Shown here in pieces: positions 11,921 through 24,167 of a DNA stretch of 64,000 nucleotides; position 1 is the first letter of the stretch; each line of letters begins with the position of its first letter. The stretch comes from Kofleriaceae bacterium (GTDB lineage Bacteria; Myxococcota_A; Polyangia; Haliangiales; Haliangiaceae): positions 160,001 through 224,000 of the forward strand of contig CBDCCZ010000004.1 of assembly GCA_965215005.1 (NCBI GenBank), written 5' to 3'. A program made the position numbers and the translations under genes. The notes beneath the pieces are model-generated. The model was not told the origin of the DNA, did no database searches, and saw only the letters and a list, made by a program, of their open reading frames with translations.

Positions 11921-11950
11921 AGGCGGCTACGATCAGTCTCGTAGCCGCCT
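11921..11950. terminator. 12-bp perfect hairpin between convergent genes (putative bidirectional terminator)
   Basis: AGGCGGCTACGA-tcagtc-TCGTAGCCGCCT; no U-tract. Confidence 0.55.
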
Positions 11951-11980
11951 GCTTCGGGGTTGGTCAACTCCTTACGGCTC

Positions 11981-14900
11981 CTACGTGCTGGCCTTCGCAG
12001 CGCGCAGCGCGGAGCGGCGCAGTACGAAGACGAGGCCTAGCAGCGATAGCAGCGCGGTCCACGGTGAGCCGCCGGCCGAGCTCTGACAGCCGCTCGAGTT
12101 AGGAGGGCGAGGTGATTGAGGCATCGGTGGTTGCTGCTCGTCGTCGCAACCGGCGGGGTCGGTGCAGTCATCCGCCGGCTGCTCCGGCTCCGGCATTTCT
12201 TGCTCACACATGGCAGGGTCGCCGCCGATGCACTCACCGCCATTGCACATGTCACCTTCTTCACAACCCTGTCCATCGCTGCAGGCGGTGCCGTCGGCGA
12301 CTTCGGGATCGCTGCACACACCGGTGCTCGGCTCGCACTCGCCAGCTTGATGGCATTGATCGCTCGCCTCGCAAACCACGGGATCGCTGCCCAGGCACTC
12401 GCCGCGCTGGCAGCTATCGATTTGCGTGCAGGAGTTGCCATCGTCGCAGGCGAGCCCGTCGTCTTTGGCGGGCGAGCTACACGTGCCCGTGGCCGGGTCG
12501 CAGACGCCAGCGTCAAAGCACTGACCCATGGCTTCACAAACGATGGCGTCGCCGCCGGTGCAGGCGCCAGCCTGGCAGCTGTCGGTTTGGGTGCAGGCGT
12601 TGCCATCGTCGCAGACAGTGCCATCGTCGTTGGCGACATCGGCGGGGCACTCGAGGGAGGTGCCGTCGCACGCTTCGGCGGCGTCGCACTGGCCGGCTGA
12701 GTCGCGGCAGGTGGCGCCGGCCGCAACCGGCCCACAGATGCCATTGACTGCAGCGCCGGCCTCCGCGCTGCATGCTTGGCAGTCGCTCGCGCCGCCGCCG
12801 CAAGCGGAGTTGCAGCAGACGCCGTCGACGCAGAAGCCGCTCTCGCACTCGATGGCGCTGGTGCATTCGATTCCAGTGCCATCGAGCGAGATCAGCTTGC
12901 CGCGCACGCGCGTCGTTAGATACGTATCCTCGCCGCCCCAGGCCGCGTAGGCGATGAGCCAGCGCCCCGGACCCGCCATCGCCAGGGTCGGTTCATCATA
13001 GTAAGTGTGCTGGTCGGCGAGGACAATCGGCTGGGCAGCGACCAAGGCGCCATCCGCGGTGATGCGCGAGGCCCGTAGTTCGGAGGCGCCGGCTGCCAGG
13101 GGATGACGCCAGGCCACCAGCACGCTGTCGCTATCGCTGGCGGCAGCGAACTGCGCGTATCCATCAGGGTTCGCTACGGCGATATCGGTCACAATAACTG
13201 TTCCGTCTGCGGCCACGACCGCGCCTAGAATGCCGCGCTCGTCATTGGTCCACAGGACGACGTGGTTGTCGCCGGCAGCAACGGCGCGCAGTCGAAAGCC
13301 GCTGAGGCTCGACACCTTTTTGCCCAGCGCATCCTGGAGCTGGCCATCGGCGGTCACGCGTGCGACGTAAATGCCATCGCCGTCCCAGCCGTTTCGCCAG
13401 AAGACGAGAAAGTGATCACCAGCGCGGACGACCGTTGCGGCTTCCTCCTGAGCGGATGACGTGGTGATGCGAATGCGCTCGCGAAGCGCTTCCTCTCCGA
13501 GGATCAGGCGATCGACGTACACGTCGCCGCCGTCTGGATAGTGAGGAAAAAGGCATACGCTGTCGGAACAGGCGCCCCTAGCAAGGTACGTATTCGCCAC
13601 ACTGAGGATCGGCGTGGCGTCGCCGGCGGTGCCGTCGTTAGCGAGGCGCGCGTATCTCGGCCCCTCGGCGGCCCGCCAGAAGGCGACGTAACCGGAGCGA
13701 GCCTCGAGAACCTCGAGCTCCGAGGGAACGGTTAACGGCTCATCTTGCAGCGGGGTTCCAGATAGGCTCAGCCAAGCGGTTTCATATCTAAGCTGGTCGT
13801 TTTTCCACTGCAGTAATAGTCGCTCTCCGATGCGCCACAGAGCTGGTTCTTGCTGCCAATCGACGGCCCATGCGAAGAGAGTCGCCGGTGGCATCGGAGT
13901 TAGCTGTTCGTCGAGGCGCCAGGCGCGACCGGTCACGAAGAGACGATAGCCGGTCGCATCCGCGAACAGGTGGCTCGGAACGCCGAGCTCCGGGAGAGCG
14001 AGCGGCTCACTGATCTCGCGGCTAGGCGACACGCGCACCGCCACCGCCTCGCCGCTACCGGTTTGACCGACGACGACGTGGTGCTCGCCATCGAACACCG
14101 ATGCGATGTTGGTGGTCGCATCGGTGAAAAGGGTGGCGGGGTCGGTATCGAGGATGATCCCGCGGGGTGTCACCTGCAGTGCCTTCGCCTCTCCGCCGCT
14201 CGACACCCAGCTGAGCAGATAGGTGCTGCCATCAAAGGTGACTTCTGTGCTGCAGGGCGACCCGCTAATGGGGGAGCTCAGCAGTGTGTTTATGATTTGT
14301 TGGCCCTGGCGGTCGAAAAGCCGCGCATAACTAGCAGCGCCGTTGCAGGTGGCCGCGAGAAAGCGCTCGCCGTCAAAGGCCACACCTCCGAGCGAGCTGC
14401 GCGCCCAGATCGGAAGGTCGCTACTGGTGCTGTCGTCGCGCAGGATGCGGCCGCTGACGAAGTCACGACGGTCGTCTCCTCGCGCTTGCCAGAGGAGGAG
14501 GGTCTCGCCGGTACCGCGAATGGCGCGGAGAGCCTCGATGCCACGTCTTGATGCATCGACGTAAATCTCCCGCTCTGAGCCGGCCACGGTCTCGAGTGCG
14601 GGTGTCATGGTGAGCGCGCGAATACTTCGAGGAAACGCGTTCGTGATCCAGAAAACAGTGTATTGGCTGCCATCGAAAACCATGGCGGCGTCAGTGCCCA
14701 GCGTCTCGGTGAGCACCTGACCGAATTCATCCAGCGACGCGCCATTGGCGTCGATGCGATTGGCCACCAGCTGATCTCCGCGCTCCCACAGCGCTACGTA
14801 ATTGGTGCCATCGTAGGCGGCAGCGAGAGTTCTGCTGTCCGGGCGGTAGACAGGCGGCCGAACGCGGATCTCCTCCGAGATCAGCGGCGCCTCGGTGCGT

Positions 14901-14998
14901 GAGACGCTGTCGGCGCGTTCACTCGCGCAGCCAGTCGCCGCGGCAACGGCGATGAGTGCAAGAAGAAGGCGGAATGGTCGACGGTGAGCGCGTTGCAA
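11981..14998 (-). CDS. Large surface protein: propeller-like DGxxY/FxxxW repeats, Cys-rich disintegrin-like/CDDGNxCT repeats and a MYXO-CTERM anchor
   Basis: Proposed TTG start at 14998 with GAGGAG SD; repeats YDGTNYVALW, FDGSQYTVFW, FDGSTYLLSW; CDAAEACDGTSLECPAD; CDDGNACTQTDSC; C-terminal SSGCQSS...LLSLLGLVFVLRR. Confidence 0.8.
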   Translation of the reverse strand: MQRAHRRPFRLLLALIAVAAATGCASERADSVSRTEAPLISEEIRVRPPVYRPDSRTLAAAYDGTNYVALWERGDQLVANRIDANGASLDEFGQVLTETLGTDAAMVFDGSQYTVFWITNAFPRSIRALTMTPALETVAGSEREIYVDASRRGIEALRAIRGTGETLLLWQARGDDRRDFVSGRILRDDSTSSDLPIWARSSLGGVAFDGERFLAATCNGAASYARLFDRQGQQIINTLLSSPISGSPCSTEVTFDGSTYLLSWVSSGGEAKALQVTPRGIILDTDPATLFTDATTNIASVFDGEHHVVVGQTGSGEAVAVRVSPSREISEPLALPELGVPSHLFADATGYRLFVTGRAWRLDEQLTPMPPATLFAWAVDWQQEPALWRIGERLLLQWKNDQLRYETAWLSLSGTPLQDEPLTVPSELEVLEARSGYVAFWRAAEGPRYARLANDGTAGDATPILSVANTYLARGACSDSVCLFPHYPDGGDVYVDRLILGEEALRERIRITTSSAQEEAATVVRAGDHFLVFWRNGWDGDGIYVARVTADGQLQDALGKKVSSLSGFRLRAVAAGDNHVVLWTNDERGILGAVVAADGTVIVTDIAVANPDGYAQFAAASDSDSVLVAWRHPLAAGASELRASRITADGALVAAQPIVLADQHTYYDEPTLAMAGPGRWLIAYAAWGGEDTYLTTRVRGKLISLDGTGIECTSAIECESGFCVDGVCCNSACGGGASDCQACSAEAGAAVNGICGPVAAGATCRDSAGQCDAAEACDGTSLECPADVANDDGTVCDDGNACTQTDSCQAGACTGGDAIVCEAMGQCFDAGVCDPATGTCSSPAKDDGLACDDGNSCTQIDSCQRGECLGSDPVVCEASDQCHQAGECEPSTGVCSDPEVADGTACSDGQGCEEGDMCNGGECIGGDPAMCEQEMPEPEQPADDCTDPAGCDDEQQPPMPQSPRPPNSSGCQSSAGGSPWTALLSLLGLVFVLRRSALRAAKAST

Positions 14999-15480
14999 CG
15001 GAAGTCTCCTCAAAGGGTGCGGCCACGCAGCCGATGGCCAGAGCTCGACCGCTGGGCGGCCGACGACGCAGATGCTGCGGGCTGCGATATAGCGCATCCG
15101 CCCGCTGCCGTGGCTGGCAAGGATGGGCAAAGTGATGCCATCTCGAATGCTGGCCCTCGGGTGTGCAGGCAGTTTGAGCTCGACCGAACCGGCCTCGAAT
15201 GGCGAGGTCATCGGACGCAGGCTGAAGCGCCGCTCGACGCGCGACACCTACGGGACGATGCTGCGACTCAAATCAGCCGGAGCATCCGCCGAGGGCCTTT
15301 GATGCCGCCACGCGGGAATAATCGATACGAATTTGCGCTCCGAGGCGCCCGGATGGCTAGGCTCGAAGCAGCGCGTAGTGGTCTACGCAACCGATAGGCA
15401 ACGTCGCCAGCCGGGCCAACCGGGAAAGAATGGCGTCCAGACCGCGGCGTCTTTGCGCGGCGCCTCAGCCGCTGCGGTCG

Positions 15481-17352
15481 CTATTGCATCCAGTCGGGGG
15501 TGGGGCCGACGGGGACGTCCGGCTCTTGCTCGGGGGGCTTGGTGGTTTCACTACCCGGCTCCGGCGCAGGCGGCTTGGTGGCAGGCGGTTTGTTGGCAGG
15601 CGGTTTGTTGGCAGACGGTCGCTCCGCGGCTGCGGTGTTGTTTAGCTCGCGTTCAGGGGCGGTGGGCCGGCGAGTAGGTTCGGGCTTAGCGACGCGGTCT
15701 TCTCGCTCCTGGACCTGACGTTTCTCCAACACCGTCGTCACCACTTGCACGAGCCGATCGCCGCGTTCTTCGAATCCTTCATTGGCAGCGACGGTGACAT
15801 CGCTCTTTTCGTGGCCGCGCTTTCGCACGCTGATTCGATAGCGCTCCGTCTCGCCGAGTGCGCCCTTCAAGGCGACCTCGGCAGGCGTGGTGTCGCGCAG
15901 TCGCGTTCCATTGATGAACACGAGCGCACCCTCGGGCTCGGACTCGATGAGCAGAAACTTGTTCATTGGCTCGAGCTCAACCGACATTTGCACGGGAGAA
16001 GCGGCTGCTACGAAGCTCTTCTCAACTGGCAAAAATCCTGGATGGCTTATACGAACCGCATACTGCTTGCCCTCTTCGAGGGAATCTAGCGTCATGGGAG
16101 AAGGGCCATTTGTCGACTCGCCTAGCAACTCGACCATTGCTCCCTCGGGCATGGTTTCGATGGTGGCGCGCGCCGTGGCAACCGGCTCCGGCTCAGGAGC
16201 CGGCGCGACATCCGCCGTCTCGGGCGCGACGGCAACGATTGGCGGCGCCGACTGCTCAGCCACCAGTTGTTGCTGCTGCCAATACCAGAATCCAGCCCCA
16301 CCTGCGGCCAATAGTACCGTTAGCGCCGCCACAATCTTCCAGCCACCGCCTCCTGTCTCGGTGGCAACGGCGGCGGCCACCGGCGGATCCTCTTCATATC
16401 GCTCGGCAGTCGTCGATCCTGGACGCGCCGCGACGGCGGTGTGCGCGTGCTCTAGCTCCACGCGGTCGTTGAGGTCGCCAAAGTCGTGTTCGAAGTCGCC
16501 GGCGTCGCTGGCCGCGGGCTCATCGATGATGTTGCCGGAGACGAGTGACGCGTTTGCCTGATCCGAGGCCACGACCGAGTCGCCCGCCCCATCGCTGGCG
16601 GCCTCGTCGGTCTCTGAAGTTGGCAGTTGCGAGCGGCGCTGCGCGAGCTCGTCGACGATGACCTCGGGCTCGGACTCATCACTTCTAGTCGCCGGGTTGC
16701 TCGCTCGGCGGAACACGACGTCGTTATCGTCGGTGTCGCGGGTGGCGGCGACGAGCTCGTCGAGCGAGCGGACTTTGGTCGCTTCTTCGAACGCTTCTTC
16801 AGGGAAGTCGTCAGCGTCGCTGTGAAACGGCATCGGCGATGGCAGCGGCGTTGCGTCGGTACGTTCGTCGACGAAGCTCGAGGTCCGCGGGGCCATATTC
16901 CCGAATTTCGGATTGCTCTCTTTGGCCAGACCCGCAACCAGCGGCGAAGGCGCAACTCGTGTCGGCGCCTCATTGAAGACCGGCGGATGGGTATCCCGGC
17001 CGCCTTTGGCGCTTTTCTGCGCGAGAATCTTGTCGAGAACTGCTTGGCTGCCCTCGGCCAGGCGGTCGAACCGCACGCCCATTCCCGGCGCAACGCCGGT
17101 GCGCGTGGGATCATGCTCACGCGTCCAAACCACGGTGCCCTCTCCCGTGATCAACGGCGAGGCGTCTCTGAGCTGAAACTCGAATCGCAGAGTCGTGCCG
17201 ACCGGCAGCGGATCCTTCGTGCGAATGAAGATTCCGCCGTGACTCACATCCACCGAGTAGCGCTCGATGAACTGGTCCAGGGTAGCGCTCTTGAACTTGA
17301 TCTTGAGCGTTACCGGCGTGCGCTTTGCTTGTCGAGTGTGCGTATCGGCCAA
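15481..17352 (-). CDS. TIGR02266/PilZ-like N-terminal domain, acidic linker, TM helix and PEGA-like domains
   Basis: RTPVTLKIKFK...YSVDVSHGGIFIRT...GEGTVVW; TM IVAALTVLLAAGGAGFWYW; IETMPEGA and IESEPEGALVFING; TTG at 17352 with GGAGGAG SD. Confidence 0.8.
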   Translation of the reverse strand: MADTHTRQAKRTPVTLKIKFKSATLDQFIERYSVDVSHGGIFIRTKDPLPVGTTLRFEFQLRDASPLITGEGTVVWTREHDPTRTGVAPGMGVRFDRLAEGSQAVLDKILAQKSAKGGRDTHPPVFNEAPTRVAPSPLVAGLAKESNPKFGNMAPRTSSFVDERTDATPLPSPMPFHSDADDFPEEAFEEATKVRSLDELVAATRDTDDNDVVFRRASNPATRSDESEPEVIVDELAQRRSQLPTSETDEAASDGAGDSVVASDQANASLVSGNIIDEPAASDAGDFEHDFGDLNDRVELEHAHTAVAARPGSTTAERYEEDPPVAAAVATETGGGGWKIVAALTVLLAAGGAGFWYWQQQQLVAEQSAPPIVAVAPETADVAPAPEPEPVATARATIETMPEGAMVELLGESTNGPSPMTLDSLEEGKQYAVRISHPGFLPVEKSFVAAASPVQMSVELEPMNKFLLIESEPEGALVFINGTRLRDTTPAEVALKGALGETERYRISVRKRGHEKSDVTVAANEGFEERGDRLVQVVTTVLEKRQVQEREDRVAKPEPTRRPTAPERELNNTAAAERPSANKPPANKPPATKPPAPEPGSETTKPPEQEPDVPVGPTPDWMQ

Positions 17353-17691
17353 GTTGTCTCCTCCCACTCGCCGGGATCGAACGACGTCCTTCGATGGGTG
17401 CCGTCGGTCGGCTCGAGCGTCGTCGTCAGCGGGCAGGCTCCGGGAGAAATGGTGTAGGAACAATCATATGGGACGGCGCCGGCGATTTGCAACGCGCTTG
17501 ATGATTGCGGCAGGTCGGGCCCATGGCCGCCAGCAATCTGGCTGCAGGATCACCTTGAGCGGCGTTGCCCCACCTGCTCCGACACTGCAACCTATCCATC
17601 TTGGTTTGACCGCGACTCGCTGGCGCACGTGACACTCTCTTCGCTGGGCGTACGTCGCGGATGCCACTGCAGGGCTCACTTACTCATATAC

Positions 17692-18954
<1,263 letters not shown>

Positions 18955-18979
18955 GCGCAGAGCTTACCAGCCGTGCTAG

Positions 18980-20785
<1,806 letters not shown>

Positions 20786-20884
20786 GTCCTAGACTCTGAG
20801 CGCGGTCTCGAGCTGCGCAGGCATCAGAACCCCGGTCTTGTCAAGCATCTTTGCAAGTCCAATGCCACTGGTGTAATTCGCCTC

Positions 20885-20913
20885 TTGAAAGAGTGGCACC
20901 TCTCTTGTATCCT
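20885..20913 (+). promoter_or_regulatory. sigma70-like promoter of rpoN with an embedded sigma54 (-24/-12)-like site
   Basis: TTGAAA(20885-20890)-17 nt-TATCCT(20908-20913); TGGCAC-N5-TTGTA at 20894-20909. Confidence 0.6.
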
Positions 20914-20960
20914 AGCCCTGAGACCCGCCTCTAAGGTCTCGAAGTTCAAAGGAGAACGCG

Positions 20961-22451
20961 ATGGGCATGGAGATGCGCCAGGAGCTGAAGCTCTCCCAGC
21001 AGCTGGTAATGACACCCCAGCTGCAGCAAGCGATCAAGCTGCTGCAGCTCTCGCGGATGGAGCTCGTAGACCTGGTTCGCGAGGAGATGCTGGAAAATCC
21101 GATGCTCGAGGACGACCTCGAGAACGCAGCCGAGCAGAGTAAGGAGCGGGAGGCGCTTGGCGGAGACGATCACCTCGATCGGCAAGTAGAGGCTGCCGGG
21201 CAAACCGAGGTTCCCATGACCGATGGCGCCAGTGAGACGGCGCAAGAGGTCAAGGCCGACGGTAGCGCGGTTAGCGAGATCGACTGGGAAAACTACCTCG
21301 ACAGTTACAGCAGCTCGGCGCCGACCGGCCCTTCGTTTCGGCCTGATAATGATGACTTGCCGTCGCTCGAGGCGACTCTCACCAAAGGCGAGAGTCTCTC
21401 TGACCATCTAACGTGGCAGCTCAAGATGAGCGGGCTCGATGAGGCCCAGCAGGAGATTGGCCACGTCATCATCGGCAATATCGATAAGAACGGCTATCTC
21501 AAGGAACCGCCACTCGCGGACATCGCGGCCGAGGCCGGGTGCTCTGCGGACGAGTGCGAGATCGTCTTAGAGAAGATTCAGACGTTCGACCCCACGGGAA
21601 TCGGGGCTCGCAGTCTCGCCGAGTGCCTGCTGATTCAGGCCATTCACCAGGGGCAGGATGATGACCTTCTCATCAAGATCATCAAGGACCACCTCTCTAA
21701 CCTGGAAAAGAAGAACTACCAGGCGATCGCGCGGGACCTCAAAGAGCCCCTGGAGGAGATCTATGAGGCTGCCAAGGTCATCATGGAGTTTGATCCTCGG
21801 CCGGGTCGGCAATACACCGACGACGAGCCGCACTACATCACCCCCGACGTCTACGTCTATAAGGTGGGCGATAAGTACTTCGTCGTGCCCAACGACGACG
21901 GTCTTCCCAAGCTCAAGATCTCCTCGTTCTATCGCTCGGCGCTTGGCGGTGGCGGCAACGCCAAGGAGTACATTCAAGACAAGCTGCGCAGCGCGCAGTG
22001 GCTGATCCGCTCCATTCAGCAGCGCCAACGCACCATCATCAAGGTCACCGAGTCGATCTTGAAGTTTCAGCGTGAGTTCTTCGATAAGGGCATAGCCTAC
22101 CTAAAGCCGTTGATTCTGCGCGATGTCGCCGAAGACATCGGGATGCACGAGTCGACGATCTCGCGGGTCACAACCAGCAAGTACGTGCATACGCCGCAAG
22201 GAATCTTCGAGCTGAAGTTCTTCTTCAACTCGGGCATCTCGCGCACCAATGGCGAGGACCTTGCGTCGCAGGCGGTGAAGAGCAAGATCAAGATCATCAT
22301 CGACGGCGAGGATAAGAAGAAGCCGTACTCCGATCAGAAGATCGTCGAGCTCTTGAAGAAGAGCACTATCGACATCGCTCGGCGCACCGTCGCCAAATAT
22401 CGCGAGCAGATGGGCATCCTCAGCTCATCGAAGCGCAAACAGGTGTTTTGA
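20961..22451 (+). CDS. rpoN: RNA polymerase sigma-54 factor
   Basis: Region I QQLVMTPQLQQAIKLLQL, HESTISR, RpoN box ARRTVAKYRE; AAAGGAG SD. Confidence 0.99.
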   Translation: MGMEMRQELKLSQQLVMTPQLQQAIKLLQLSRMELVDLVREEMLENPMLEDDLENAAEQSKEREALGGDDHLDRQVEAAGQTEVPMTDGASETAQEVKADGSAVSEIDWENYLDSYSSSAPTGPSFRPDNDDLPSLEATLTKGESLSDHLTWQLKMSGLDEAQQEIGHVIIGNIDKNGYLKEPPLADIAAEAGCSADECEIVLEKIQTFDPTGIGARSLAECLLIQAIHQGQDDDLLIKIIKDHLSNLEKKNYQAIARDLKEPLEEIYEAAKVIMEFDPRPGRQYTDDEPHYITPDVYVYKVGDKYFVVPNDDGLPKLKISSFYRSALGGGGNAKEYIQDKLRSAQWLIRSIQQRQRTIIKVTESILKFQREFFDKGIAYLKPLILRDVAEDIGMHESTISRVTTSKYVHTPQGIFELKFFFNSGISRTNGEDLASQAVKSKIKIIIDGEDKKKPYSDQKIVELLKKSTIDIARRTVAKYREQMGILSSSKRKQVF

Positions 22452-22460
22452 TGCCACCGA

Positions 22461-22484
22461 CGGCCGCCGGCCGAGCGGCGGCCG
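22461..22484. terminator. GC hairpin after rpoN
   Basis: CGGCCGCC-8 nt-GGCGGCCG between convergent stops. Confidence 0.35.
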
Positions 22485-22487
22485 CGG

Positions 22488-22664
22488 TCATCCATCCTGC
22501 GAGTGATCGCGGACCGCGCCCCAGCTGGCGGCGCCGATCACCACGAGCAGGCTGCTAACAGCGATCGTTAGCAGCCACCCGCGCGGCGTCTGGGGGCTGG
22601 CGAGAATTCCTACCGCCGCCACGACGGAGATCGAGTACGCGACGAACGGCGTCTTGCGCAGCAT
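22488..22664 (-). CDS. Small two-helix membrane protein (hypothetical)
   Basis: MLRKTPFVAYSISVVAAVGILASPQTPRGWLLTIAVSSLLVVIGAASWGAVRDHSQDG has two hydrophobic segments and fills the rpoN-hpf gap. Confidence 0.55.
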   Translation of the reverse strand: MLRKTPFVAYSISVVAAVGILASPQTPRGWLLTIAVSSLLVVIGAASWGAVRDHSQDG

Positions 22665-22876
22665 CGACGCAGTGTAGCGGCCAAGGCGGCAACCCGGCAT
22701 CCGCTGACGCTGATTGGGTCGACACACGACGCACGTTCGGGGGCTCTTGCGGTTGGGGTCGCAGCGGCGCCTGCTTTGGCCCCCGACGACTACCCTGCGA
22801 CGCGCGAACTCTCGCGTTTGCTGGCGACGGGGAACGCGATATGCTGGAGCTCCGACAACTGAATAGGAGAGGTTCT

Positions 22877-23506
22877 ATGCAATTCTCGGTGACGTTCCGC
22901 CACATGGAGCCCACGGCGGCTCTCAAGGGCTATGCGCAGGATCGGATGCTGAAGCTCAAGAAGTACTTCCCCGACCCCATCGCCGTGAACGTCGTGATGA
23001 GCACGGAGAAACATCGACACTGCGTCGACGTCAACGTGCAGCTCCACAACGGCTTGTGCGTTGCTGGTCACGAAGTGTCGGAGAACATGTACTCGTCGAT
23101 CGATCTCGTGCTCGCAAAGCTCGAACGGCAGGTAAAGCGTTACAAGGACAAGCTGCGCGAGCACAAGGTCAAGTCGAGCTTTGAGCCGCTGCCGTGGTCC
23201 CATGTGGTGCTGCGCGATGATGACCACCCCGCCGATGGCGCGGCGAGCGATGCGGGCGAGCCCAACGGGCACGACAGCAATGGCCACGATGGCGCTGCCG
23301 GGCTGCGGTTGGCACTTGGTCCTGTGGTGATCAAGACCGAGAAGTTTCACGCCAACCCGCTCACCCCCGCCGAGGCCATCATGCAAATGAACCTCCTCCA
23401 CCAGCAGTTCTTGGTGTTTCGCAACGACGTCGATGGATCGGTAAATGTCGTGTATCGGCGCGAGGATGACAGCTACGGGCTGATACAAACCGCCCAGCTT
23501 TCCTAA
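22877..23506 (+). CDS. hpf: Ribosome hibernation promoting factor (long HPF / sigma54 modulation protein)
   Basis: VTFRHMEPTAALK, NMYSSIDLVLAKLERQVKRYK, C-terminal FLVFRN...VNVVYRR; AGGAGAGG SD. Confidence 0.93.
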   Translation: MQFSVTFRHMEPTAALKGYAQDRMLKLKKYFPDPIAVNVVMSTEKHRHCVDVNVQLHNGLCVAGHEVSENMYSSIDLVLAKLERQVKRYKDKLREHKVKSSFEPLPWSHVVLRDDDHPADGAASDAGEPNGHDSNGHDGAAGLRLALGPVVIKTEKFHANPLTPAEAIMQMNLLHQQFLVFRNDVDGSVNVVYRREDDSYGLIQTAQLS

Positions 23507-23692
23507 CCCCGTCTCGATTCCGGCGAAAGGCGCGATGAAAAGCGCAACAATCGCTGGGCGAGAGGCCCGAGTGGCCCGTTGAGCAGCGCGGGATGGCCAT
23601 CCTAGGGGCATCGGGATGGCCGCCCTCTCGTCACCACTCCTGCGGCGTGCGAGTGGTTCACGGCGTCCTGTGCTAGGCTGCCGCCCCGGCAG

Positions 23693-24154
23693 ATGAAGAT
23701 CGTCGACCTCATCAAGCGGGAAATGATCATTCCCGCGCTCCGCTCCACCGACAAGACGGGCCTCATCAAAGAGCTCGCCGCCCACCTAGCGGCGAATCAT
23801 CCCGACGTCGACAAAGGAGCTCTCACGCGCGTCTTAATCGACCGGGAGAGCCTAGCCTCGACCGCCATCGGTGAAGGAGTCGCTATCCCGCATGGCAAGC
23901 TTCCCACCGTGAAGGAGATCGTCGCCTGCCTCGGTCGAGTACGTCGCGGAGTCGATTTTGATTCGATGGACGGGCAGCCCACCCATCTATTCTTCGTACT
24001 GGTCGCGCCCGAGAACTCGACCGGCGCGCATCTCAAGGCGCTGGCGCGCATCAGCCGCGTCTTCAAGGATCCTGAGTTTCGCTCGCGCCTGCTCGGCGCC
24101 GAGGACGACGAAGCGATGTATGGGGTCATCGCCGCCGAGGACGCCAAGTACTGA
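23693..24154 (+). CDS. ptsN: PTS EIIA-Ntr
   Basis: RESLASTAIGEGVAIPHGK, FDSMDGQP, HLKALARISR. Confidence 0.93.
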   Translation: MKIVDLIKREMIIPALRSTDKTGLIKELAAHLAANHPDVDKGALTRVLIDRESLASTAIGEGVAIPHGKLPTVKEIVACLGRVRRGVDFDSMDGQPTHLFFVLVAPENSTGAHLKALARISRVFKDPEFRSRLLGAEDDEAMYGVIAAEDAKY

Positions 24155-24167
24155 GCGGCACGCCGCC

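Noticed and set aside
15127..15140. sigma54-like TGGCAT...TTGC on the minus strand upstream of the MYXO-CTERM gene
   Set aside because: GG-to-GC spacing is 9 nt instead of the required 10
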